A stretch of DNA of 35,880 nucleotides from a virus, in the UHGV virus genome UHGV-0165226, one strand, 5' to 3'. The notes below the pieces were generated by a model, which was not told where the DNA came from, ran no database searches, and saw only the letters and a list, made by a program, of their open reading frames with translations. Positions within the stretch are counted from its first letter, which is position 1; each line of letters starts with the position of its first letter. Below are positions 1 to 7,123 of this stretch, one piece after another. A program made the translations under genes and the position numbers.

Positions 1-9
1 TTAGCAAGG

Positions 10-29
10 TTGTGTACATTTGTACACAA
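10..29. promoter_or_regulatory. Near-palindromic operator-like site upstream of the TetR regulator gene
   Basis: Sequence TTGTGTACA-TT-TGTACACAA read at 10..29, an 18/20 inverted repeat just upstream of the ATG at 50. TetR regulators are commonly autoregulated through such palindromes. Confidence 0.3.
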
Positions 30-49
30 TTGCAGAGAGAGGAAATGAC

Positions 50-586
50 ATGCGTCGCGCTAACGATCCGCAACGGCGAGAAAAAATTATCCAGGCCACG
101 CTGGAGGCGGTGAAACTTTACGGAATACATGCTGTTACGCACCGCAAAATTGCTACCCTTGCCGGGGTACCGTTGGGATCGATGACCTACTATTTTTCAG
201 GAATTGATGAGTTGTTGCTGGAGGCGTTCAGCAGTTTTACTGAGATTATGTCCCGGCAATATCAGGCATTTTTTAGCGATGTTAGTGATGCTCAAGGCGC
301 ATGCCAGGCTATCACCGATATGATCTACAGCTCACAGGTTGCAACGCCGGATAATATGGAGCTGATGTACCAGCTCTACGCGCTGGCTAGCCGAAAACCG
401 CTATTAAAAACGGTAATGCAAAACTGGATGCAGCGCAGTCAGCAAACGCTCGAACAATGGTTTGAACCCGGAACCGCCCGCGCGCTTGATGCGTTTATTG
501 AGGGGATGACGCTGCATTTTGTCACCGACCGTAAGCCGCTATCGCGCGAGGAGATTTTGAGGATGGTTGAGAGGGTTGCAGGGTAG
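50..586 (+). CDS. rcdA: TetR/AcrR-family transcriptional regulator (host gene flanking the prophage)
   Basis: In-frame ATG at 50 after a GAGAGAGGA purine run; 178 aa; N-terminal HTH region ([39 protein letters not shown]). Sequence and length match my recollection of E. coli RcdA (YbjK); the symbol is from memory and unverified. Confidence 0.8.
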   Translation: MRRANDPQRREKIIQATLEAVKLYGIHAVTHRKIATLAGVPLGSMTYYFSGIDELLLEAFSSFTEIMSRQYQAFFSDVSDAQGACQAITDMIYSSQVATPDNMELMYQLYALASRKPLLKTVMQNWMQRSQQTLEQWFEPGTARALDAFIEGMTLHFVTDRKPLSREEILRMVERVAG

Positions 587-603
587 TAGATAAGTTTTAG
601 ATA

Positions 604-631
604 ACAAAAAACCCATTTATGTAAACGGGTT
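604..631 (-). terminator. Possible intrinsic terminator downstream of int (minus strand)
   Basis: Hairpin AACCC...GGGTT (610..631) preceded on the plus strand by an A-run, which is a U-run on the minus-strand transcript. Confidence 0.35.
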
Positions 632-635
632 AATG

Positions 636-669
636 AAAACAATAAGTTAGATTAAAAACAATAAGTTAG
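636..669. repeat. Tandem 15-bp direct repeat AAAACAATAAGTTAG x2 in the int-proximal junction region
   Basis: Copies at 636..650 and 655..669, 19-bp period, between the TetR stop and the int stop. Candidate arm-type Int or IHF sites, or part of the att region. Confidence 0.6.
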
Positions 670-690
670 GTTGGTGGTCAGTGGTGGTTA

Positions 691-1743
691 TTACGGGGTA
701 ATGCCAACCGCTGCCGCCACTTTGTCGCCACTTGGCAGCGTTGCCAGAGGATTGAAACGGAGCGCCGTTTCTAGATGATCCGGTGCCAGATGTGCGTAAC
801 GCATAGTCATTTTTATATCGTGGTGTCCGAGAATTTTTTGTAAGGCCAGAATGTTTCCACCCGACATCATGAAGTGCGCCGCAAACGTATGGCGCAGAAC
901 GTGTGTGAGTTGACCGCGAGGGAGCACGATAGACGTTTTTTCCATCACGGATAAAAATTGAAAATAGCAGTCTGTGAAGAAATTGAACCCATCAAGCGCC
1001 ATGATCTCTTCGTAAAGCTCTTTACTGATAGGGATGCTTCTGTTTTTCTTCCCCTTCGTTCTGACAAAGGTAATTCGGTATTTGGTCACCTGTGAGCGGG
1101 TAAGATTTACGGCTTCACGCCAGCGTGCGCCTGTGCTTAAGCATATCTTAACTACCAGTGCCAGAATTGGGTCCTGACGTTTGCAATCAGCCAGCAATTC
1201 AACAATCTGCTCATGGGTAAGCCATGCCATCTCTTTTTCTGCGATGGTGAATTTTCGCATGTTCTCCAGTGGGTTCGGATACGACCATTCGCCCAGACGG
1301 GATAGTTCGCTAAAAACACTACTTAGATAGCTTTGCTCCAGGTTAATGGTGACCGGGCTTGCTCCTTTCTTCCATTTCTCGCTGAAGTAGATCTCGCCTG
1401 TCAGGCGTTTATCTCGATAGTGGGCAAACATTTTAGAGGTGAGATCGGTTGCAAGAGGATTGCCCAGAGCGTCAACCATCAACAGCAATTTGTCATAGAC
1501 ATGCTGCCCAGCTGTCAGAGATTTACCATGTAGTTTGAACCATAGCTCAACCACGTCTTTCAGTGTTCGACGATCCACTGATTCACCCAGCCAGGGCTTT
1601 GCTTCGGTTTCTTCCATCGTGTGGCGCTCAAAAGCCAGTGCTTCGCCTTTGGTAGCGAATTGTTTACGCACACGACGCCCACTTCGTCCGGCGGGGTAAC
1701 ATTCGCAAAGCCATTTCCCTGTGGTTAGTTTTCGTACTGCCAT
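691..1743 (-). CDS. int: Tyrosine integrase, P2 Int-like
   Basis: 350-aa ORF. N-terminus has the P2 Int-like pattern (GRSGRRVRKQFATKGEALAFERHT); C-terminal catalytic region (HVLRHTFAAHFMMSGG...LGHHDIKMTMRYAHL) carries the tyrosine recombinase R-H-R-Y signature. Sits at the prophage edge, transcribed toward the junction. Confidence 0.92.
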   Translation of the reverse strand: MAVRKLTTGKWLCECYPAGRSGRRVRKQFATKGEALAFERHTMEETEAKPWLGESVDRRTLKDVVELWFKLHGKSLTAGQHVYDKLLLMVDALGNPLATDLTSKMFAHYRDKRLTGEIYFSEKWKKGASPVTINLEQSYLSSVFSELSRLGEWSYPNPLENMRKFTIAEKEMAWLTHEQIVELLADCKRQDPILALVVKICLSTGARWREAVNLTRSQVTKYRITFVRTKGKKNRSIPISKELYEEIMALDGFNFFTDCYFQFLSVMEKTSIVLPRGQLTHVLRHTFAAHFMMSGGNILALQKILGHHDIKMTMRYAHLAPDHLETALRFNPLATLPSGDKVAAAVGITP

Positions 1744-1767
1744 AAAAAGCCCTCATATCAGAGGGCT
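1744..1767 (-). terminator. Intrinsic terminator of the cargo gene, abutting the int start codon
   Basis: Perfect 7-bp stem AGCCCTC / GAGGGCT with 6-nt loop (1748..1767). On the minus-strand transcript it is followed by UUUUU (plus-strand AAAAA at 1744..1748) running straight into the int ATG. Confidence 0.6.
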
Positions 1768-1825
1768 AAATTTAACTGTATATGTAACCAGTAATCAATG
1801 TGTGATTACTATGAAACATACATTG

Positions 1826-3502
1826 CTAAGCAACATGTAGTTCATCGTTGGCGGAAGTGGCTGCTTTGCGCTCCTGCTCAATAGCTAGAGACTCTCTATA
1901 TTCTTTCGCCTCTGCAAACATTGTCCAGTGGGCGTTGATGTTCATGTCTTCAATAACTGATTTGATTTCTTTTAAATTTACGTTAAAAAACTCTTTTCGT
2001 GAGTTAATTTTATTGACCTGCTTTTCGTTGAAAACTTTATGCAGATGGTTTTCTAATGATGGTGCATCATCACTATAAATCATCGCATGAACATCGAACG
2101 AAAAAGGAACACTAGCATCTCCGAGTTCACGAACACGATCAAGTGGTTCAAGGCGGCGTGTCATTCCAATTTTATATACATCTTCGCCAAATGAACCAAT
2201 ATTACTAATGATATAGACGTGGCCTGATCTGGTTTGTTGAGCCATAGAAATAGCTCGTTGATTTTTAGCTTCAGCTTCTTCATATTTTAACTGTAGTTCA
2301 GCTATTTTTTGCTCTAAAGCTAAGCGTTGTTCTTCATTTGCAAGCATAAGTTCTTTCGTTGCTTTATTTATAGCTTGCTGAATAGCTTTTTCTTCTTTTT
2401 CAGCTTCTTTTATCGCTTTTTCATATTCTCTACGAGCTCTTTCCTCTTCACGAAGCTGTTCTTTAATCCTTCTTTGCTCTTCTTTTTCTTCGAGCATAAT
2501 TTCATTAACTGCTACACCCCATTTTAGCTCGTTGAGTCTTGCCTGAAGATAGATGTCACTTATTTTTGCGGACCTAAAGGCAGAGCCATTGTAATTTACT
2601 AGTTGAAATGCATCTTTTATTTCTTGGGAAAGTTTTCCAAAATTGTTGTGTTTGACTTTTGATAAAATACTGTCAACTCTTCCATTGAAGGCATCCAAAA
2701 CAAAGTTTATGGCAGTATTACGCCTGTTTTGCTCAACATAATCACACGAAGCAGCTTTATTAGTTTTTATTAATGATTTGGTTAACTCTCTGGCTTTTTG
2801 TAATTCCTTGCCTGCATCTGTAAATTCATAATTTTCTGCCAGCTCATCAAGTACACTACGGTTAGGGATGATCCATTCATCACCATAACCTTCAATTTTA
2901 TTTTTCATTGATTTTGCAACTGCTTCATATTTTTCTGCAAACTCTTTAGCTTCATATGCTGAACCAGCAATCTCCTTTGCTCTTTCTTCTGCATCAGAAA
3001 TAATTTTTACTGCATTGTCATTAGCATTTGAGATTAGCTCATTTGCTTTATTATTAGCATTATCAAGACGTTCTTTGGCTTTCAGGCGTGCATCGCGAGC
3101 GTCTTTGGTGATTGCTATAGCTTCGCTATTAGCGTTGCTTATTGTCATCTGAGCTTGATAATTTGCTTCGTTTACTGTTTTAGCCGCCTTAATTTGGGCT
3201 TCATCTATTTTTTGCTTGGCTATTGAGTCCGCATTTTTTATCTTATTCTCTGCATCCATTACTGCGCTGTGCAATTCTTCGTATTGCCACAATGGTGCTG
3301 CTCGCCCTTCAAGCTCTGATAATTCTCGTACGGTCTGTGCTAGTTTTTCTTGATTTTCAACCAGTTGGTTAGAAAGGGCTATGTTGTTAGCTGTCAGGTT
3401 ATCTATAGCCGCTTTGTGTTTTTTACTTTGTTTAAATAATATTACAGCTAGAACAGGGGCGAGAAATGCTAATAAGAGTATAACGATGGCAAATGAATTC
3501 AT
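1826..3502 (-). CDS. Cargo protein: N-terminal transmembrane anchor, long coiled coil, C-terminal T5orf172/GIY-YIG-like domain (DUF4041-type architecture)
   Basis: 558-aa ORF, ATG at 3502 with AAGGA upstream. Hydrophobic N-terminus (FAIVILLLAFLAPVLAVILF), about 300 aa of K/E/A-rich heptad-like sequence, then GHVYIISNIGSFGEDVYKIGMTRRLEPLDRVRELGD...FDVHAMIYSDDAPSLENHLHKVF, which resembles the T5orf172/MUG113 motif. Strongly AT-rich relative to neighbours. Confidence 0.75.
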   Translation of the reverse strand: MNSFAIVILLLAFLAPVLAVILFKQSKKHKAAIDNLTANNIALSNQLVENQEKLAQTVRELSELEGRAAPLWQYEELHSAVMDAENKIKNADSIAKQKIDEAQIKAAKTVNEANYQAQMTISNANSEAIAITKDARDARLKAKERLDNANNKANELISNANDNAVKIISDAEERAKEIAGSAYEAKEFAEKYEAVAKSMKNKIEGYGDEWIIPNRSVLDELAENYEFTDAGKELQKARELTKSLIKTNKAASCDYVEQNRRNTAINFVLDAFNGRVDSILSKVKHNNFGKLSQEIKDAFQLVNYNGSAFRSAKISDIYLQARLNELKWGVAVNEIMLEEKEEQRRIKEQLREEERARREYEKAIKEAEKEEKAIQQAINKATKELMLANEEQRLALEQKIAELQLKYEEAEAKNQRAISMAQQTRSGHVYIISNIGSFGEDVYKIGMTRRLEPLDRVRELGDASVPFSFDVHAMIYSDDAPSLENHLHKVFNEKQVNKINSRKEFFNVNLKEIKSVIEDMNINAHWTMFAEAKEYRESLAIEQERKAATSANDELHVA

Positions 3503-3522
3503 TTTAAAATCCTTTTACTATA

Positions 3523-4119
3523 TTAATTCGAGACTATTGTACTTCTTATACAAGCAACCACTTCAATATCAGAAAATGCACATTCAAAGCTATTCTCTGC
3601 TGTTGTAATTTTAATCATTCCTTTAGGAAGCCTTGTGATTTTTCGAATGGAATAGGTTCCGTCGATATTGATTAACCAGTTTCCATCAAGTACTTCAGAA
3701 AATTTTTGATCACAAATGTATGTGACGAGTCCATCCTGAACAACAATTGGTGATGAAAGGTTTGCAGGAAGAAATGATGAATCGAAGACATATGAACCGT
3801 CTTCAATCATTTTGCCTGCGGCAAGGCGAAACTTAACAAGCTCTTCTGTAGCTGCTGTCAGCGAGCTTTGCTTAAGGCCTTGTCCGGTAGTTAACCATTT
3901 GAGGGAGGTTCCTGTTTCAAGAGCACATTGGATTATCCAGTCAGCAGGAAATGTATCCCGCAAATACCTGTTCGCTAGTGTGCTTTTTGATACTTCCAAG
4001 TGATCAGCTAAAGCCTGTCGTGTCGTAAAGCCATAGGCTTCGACTAATCGCTCAATCGCAGCCTTACCACCTTTATTGGGATTTATTTTGATCTCACTTG
4101 GGTACTTTGATGTTGACAT
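3523..4119 (-). CDS. cI: Immunity repressor, phage 186 CI-like
   Basis: 198 aa, similar in size to 186 CI (about 192 aa) and unlike P2 C (99 aa). HTH-like region (TTRQALADHLEVSKSTLANRYLRD) plus a C-terminal domain. Divergent from the apl/cII operon. Confidence 0.8.
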   Translation of the reverse strand: MSTSKYPSEIKINPNKGGKAAIERLVEAYGFTTRQALADHLEVSKSTLANRYLRDTFPADWIIQCALETGTSLKWLTTGQGLKQSSLTAATEELVKFRLAAGKMIEDGSYVFDSSFLPANLSSPIVVQDGLVTYICDQKFSEVLDGNWLINIDGTYSIRKITRLPKGMIKITTAENSFECAFSDIEVVACIRSTIVSN

Positions 4120-4141
4120 ATCTCTTTTGCGATCCTAGTAT
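4113..4141 (+). promoter_or_regulatory. Candidate lytic promoter pR (sigma-70) for apl-cII
   Basis: TTGACA at 4113..4118, 17-bp spacer, TAGTAT at 4136..4141; predicted start near 4148. The -35 element overlaps the first codons of cI on the other strand. Confidence 0.5.
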
Positions 4142-4148
4142 CAGTTTT

Positions 4149-4164
4149 GTACCCAATTGGGTAC
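4149..4164. promoter_or_regulatory. Perfect 16-bp palindrome GTACCCAATTGGGTAC, candidate operator
   Basis: Lies immediately downstream of the predicted pR -10. A third TTGGGTAC half-site occurs at 4098..4105 on the other side of the promoter. Confidence 0.5.
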
Positions 4165-4214
4165 TTGTCACGATTACTACAGGCTCACCACAAGCCAATA
4201 GGAGATGTTGCATC

Positions 4215-4436
4215 ATGACCCCTAACATTTCAATAACTCTGAATACGCCACACGTCACAATCGAGCGTTATAGCGAACTTACTGGTCTTTCAATCGACAC
4301 AATCAACGATATGTTGGCGGATGGTCGCATTCCTCGGCATCGTCTTCGTAAAGACAAGAAAAGAGAAAAGGTAATGATCAACCTTGCTGCTCTTACCGTT
4401 GATGCACTTACTGATTGCAATGTTGTATTCAACTAG
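4215..4436 (+). CDS. apl: Apl/Cox-like excisionase and switch regulator
   Basis: 73 aa, first gene of the rightward early operon; ATG at 4215 preceded by GGAG at 4201..4204. Position and size match 186 Apl or P2 Cox. The track ORF 4098..4436 starts upstream inside the promoter and is unlikely to be the true start. Confidence 0.65.
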   Translation: MTPNISITLNTPHVTIERYSELTGLSIDTINDMLADGRIPRHRLRKDKKREKVMINLAALTVDALTDCNVVFN

Positions 4437-4468
4437 TTCCATTTTGGGATACATCAGAGGTGTCGACC

Positions 4469-4978
4469 ATGTTTGATTACCAAGTTTCCAAACATCCACA
4501 TTTTGATGAAGCCTGTCGTGCATTCGCACTGCGCCACAATCTGGTGCAACTGGCAGAACGTGCGGGCATGAATGTGCAGATTCTGCGGAACAAGCTGAAC
4601 CCAGCTCAACCTCATTTATTAACCGCACCAGAAATCTGGCTGCTTACCGATCTGACTGAAGATTCAACGTTGGTAGATGGTTTTCTGGCACAGATTCATT
4701 GTCTGCCATGTGTACCGATTAATGAGGTAGCAAAAGAGAAACTGCCGCATTACGTCATGAGCGCAACTGCAGAGATCGGGCGTGTTGCAGCAGGTGCGGT
4801 ATCTGGTGATGTAAAAACTAGTGCCGGTCGTCGTGATGCTATCAGCAGCATTAACTCTGTAACACGACTGATGGCGCTGGCTGCTGTTTCATTGCAAGCC
4901 CGTTTACAGGCTAATCCTGCGATGGCGAGTGCAGTTGATACCATGACTGGCCTTGGTGCTTCATTCGGTTTGCTGTGA
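4469..4978 (+). CDS. cII: CII-like lysogeny-establishment activator
   Basis: ATG at 4469 with GAGG at 4457..4460; 169 aa, the same length as 186 CII; sequence resembles 186 CII as I recall it ([20 protein letters not shown]...[23 protein letters not shown]). Confidence 0.75.
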   Translation: MFDYQVSKHPHFDEACRAFALRHNLVQLAERAGMNVQILRNKLNPAQPHLLTAPEIWLLTDLTEDSTLVDGFLAQIHCLPCVPINEVAKEKLPHYVMSATAEIGRVAAGAVSGDVKTSAGRRDAISSINSVTRLMALAAVSLQARLQANPAMASAVDTMTGLGASFGLL

Positions 4979-4985
4979 GGTGTTT

Positions 4986-5282
4986 ATGCTGACGAAAGAA
5001 CCATCATTTGCATCGCTGCTGGTAAAACAAAGCCCGGCAATGCACTACGGTCACGGCTGGATCACGGGTGAGGATGGAAAACGCTGGCATCCATGTCATT
5101 CACAAGATGAATTGCTGTCTGAATTGACCACGAGGAAACGGAGAAAGTCCAAATGTATGCGGCAGAAAGTGAAGTGGTTTATCAGTTTCGTTACAGAGGG
5201 GAGAGTTATTCAGTACCTGAAGATGATTTGCTCTGTTGCTATCCGTCATTGTCGGGCGATGGCAGTTACTTTTTCACGTTAA
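4986..5282 (+). CDS. Early-operon hypothetical protein (conflicts with next ORF)
   Basis: ATG at 4986 with GAGG 5 nt upstream, directly after the cII stop. Overlaps the next ORF by about 130 bp in another frame; the last third of the translation looks low-complexity, so the true 3' end is uncertain. Confidence 0.45.
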   Translation: MLTKEPSFASLLVKQSPAMHYGHGWITGEDGKRWHPCHSQDELLSELTTRKRRKSKCMRQKVKWFISFVTEGRVIQYLKMICSVAIRHCRAMAVTFSR

Positions 5283-5377
5283 AGGATGGGACGTTTTTAC
5301 GGGCAGAGCAGGTTAAAGAGACGATACGAAAAAATGTATCTCCTCTTGAGCGTTACCGTAAGAACAAAGAACGATAG
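5153..5377 (+). CDS. Early-operon hypothetical protein
   Basis: ATG at 5153 with GGAG at 5140..5143; 74-aa translation looks globular. Overlaps the previous ORF. Confidence 0.45.
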   Translation: MYAAESEVVYQFRYRGESYSVPEDDLLCCYPSLSGDGSYFFTLKDGTFLRAEQVKETIRKNVSPLERYRKNKER

Positions 5378-5399
5378 CTGCGTTTGGGGGATATGAAGT

Positions 5400-5741
5400 A
5401 TGGCAATTAATGGCGCTGCAGCAACTGTTCCATTAAGCCCCGGTGAACGCCTGAATGGACTTAATCACATTGCGGAGTTAAGGGCGAAAGTTTTTGGCCT
5501 GAATATTGAGTCAGAGCTTGAGCGGTTTATTAAAGATATGCGTGATCCACGGGATATCAATAATGAACAAAATAAACGGGCACTGGCTGCCATATTCTTT
5601 ATGGCAAAAATTCCAGCTGAACGTCATAGCATCAGCATTAATGAGCTGACCACTGACGAAAAGCGGGAGCTGATTAAAGCAATGAATCATTTTCGTGCAG
5701 TGGTGAGCTTATTTCCCAGACGGCTAACCATGCCGAATTAA
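5400..5741 (+). CDS. Early-operon hypothetical protein
   Basis: 113-aa ORF, ATG at 5400, G-rich stretch upstream, same orientation as the early operon. Confidence 0.6.
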   Translation: MAINGAAATVPLSPGERLNGLNHIAELRAKVFGLNIESELERFIKDMRDPRDINNEQNKRALAAIFFMAKIPAERHSISINELTTDEKRELIKAMNHFRAVVSLFPRRLTMPN

Positions 5742-5808
5742 CCAACTAATGAAATTAATGGCGTAAACCCGCCGGGCATCCCTTTATCTAAATTCAGGAG
5801 AATTGATT

Positions 5809-6042
5809 ATGCGTAATATTGAAACCCTCACGACTAAAACCGGACCGGATGACGCAGGGCTTAATATTTTACTGACAGAGGCTCGTCTGGAAGAACGCCG
5901 GGCAAGGGCTGAAGCAATGGCTGCTCGCCTTGATAGCCTGGCGTGTCATATCTCATCCCGCCAGCTAAACCACGTGGAAGCGGCAGAACTGCTGCGCGTG
6001 ACTGCTGAAGCAATCCAGAACGAAGCGCAGGAGATCCACTAA
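5809..6042 (+). CDS. Early-operon hypothetical protein
   Basis: ATG at 5809 with AGGAG at 5796..5800 (8-nt spacer). The stop overlaps the next start (TAATG). Confidence 0.55.
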   Translation: MRNIETLTTKTGPDDAGLNILLTEARLEERRARAEAMAARLDSLACHISSRQLNHVEAAELLRVTAEAIQNEAQEIH

Positions 6043-6269
6043 TGGCTGATGCAATGGATCTCGTACAGCAGCGCGTTGAAGAAGAACGCCAGCGCCATAT
6101 CCGTGCAGCCCGTGCCAAATCACCGGGCGTGTCACGCGTACTTTGCATTGAATGTGAAGCGCCAATTCCGCCAGCACGACGCCGCGCCATTCCGGGAGTG
6201 CAGCTTTGCATTACCTGTCAGGAAATCGCAGAACTGAAAGGCAAACATTACAACGGAGGTGCTGTATGA
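6042..6269 (+). CDS. TraR/DksA-family C4 zinc-finger protein
   Basis: 75 aa with CIECEAPIP...CITCQ, a CxxC-N17-CxxC arrangement typical of TraR/DksA-type zinc fingers; translationally coupled to neighbours. Confidence 0.75.
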   Translation: MADAMDLVQQRVEEERQRHIRAARAKSPGVSRVLCIECEAPIPPARRRAIPGVQLCITCQEIAELKGKHYNGGAV

Positions 6270-7123
6270 GCACCATCCTGAAATGGGCGGGAAATAAAAC
6301 CGCCATTATGCCAGAACTGAAAAAATACCTTCCTGCTGGCCCGCGACTGGTTGAACCTTTCGCGGGTTCCTGTGCTGTGATGATGGAAACGGATTATCCC
6401 AGCTATCTGGTTGCGGATATTAATCCTGATTTAATCAACCTCTATAAAAAGGTTGCCGCTGATTGTGAATCGTTTATATCTCGCGCCAGAGTTTTATTTG
6501 AGATCGCAAACAGGGAGGTGGCTTATTACAACATAAGGCAGGAGTTTAACTGCTCAACTGAAATTACTGATTTCATGAAAGCGGTATATTTCCTGTATCT
6601 CAATCGTCACGGTTACCGTGGTTTATGTCGCTATAACAAGAGCGGGCATTTCAACATTCCCTACGGTAATTATAAAAATCCGTATTTCCCTGAAAAAGAA
6701 CTTCGCACATTTGCAGAAAAAGCCCAGCGAGCGACGTTTATCTGCGCCAGCTTTGATGAAACGCTGGCGATGTTGAAGGCGGGAGATGTGGTGTATTGCG
6801 ATCCGCCATATGACGGTACGTTTTCCGGCTATCACACTGATGGTTTCACTGAAGATGACCAGTATCACCTGGCATCCGTTCTTGAACATCGGTCATCAGA
6901 AGGACATCCGGTCATTGTTTCTAACAGTGACACATCCCTGATCCGTTCGCTGTATCGCAATTTTCCTCACCACTATATCAAGGTAAAACGCAGCATCGGT
7001 GTGGCAGCTGGCGAGGGTAAATCAGCAACAGAAATCATTGCTGTTTCCGGGCCGCGCTGCTGGATGGGATTTGATTATTCGCGTGGCGTGGATAGTTCTG
7101 CCGTGTACGGAGTACGTGCATGA
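6266..7123 (+). CDS. dam: DNA adenine methyltransferase (Dam-like, N6-A MTase)
   Basis: ATG at 6266 with GGAGG at 6255..6259; motif I FAGSCAV and motif IV DPPY (VYCDPPYDG); N-terminus [11 protein letters not shown] is Dam-like. Confidence 0.9.
   Translation: MSTILKWAGNKTAIMPELKKYLPAGPRLVEPFAGSCAVMMETDYPSYLVADINPDLINLYKKVAADCESFISRARVLFEIANREVAYYNIRQEFNCSTEITDFMKAVYFLYLNRHGYRGLCRYNKSGHFNIPYGNYKNPYFPEKELRTFAEKAQRATFICASFDETLAMLKAGDVVYCDPPYDGTFSGYHTDGFTEDDQYHLASVLEHRSSEGHPVIVSNSDTSLIRSLYRNFPHHYIKVKRSIGVAAGEGKSATEIIAVSGPRCWMGFDYSRGVDSSAVYGVRA

Noticed and set aside
2327-2527. Plus-strand F-rich ORF inside the cargo gene
   Set aside because: Low-complexity shadow ORF on the antisense strand of the K/E-rich coiled-coil coding region.
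4098-4214. Upstream extension of apl to the track start at 4098
   Set aside because: It would begin inside the cI start codon and pR -35 region; the ATG at 4215 has a GGAG SD.
5861-6211. Minus-strand ORFs overlapping the early operon
   Set aside because: Arg/Ser-rich antisense ORFs without start context; the sense-strand genes have SDs and translational coupling.
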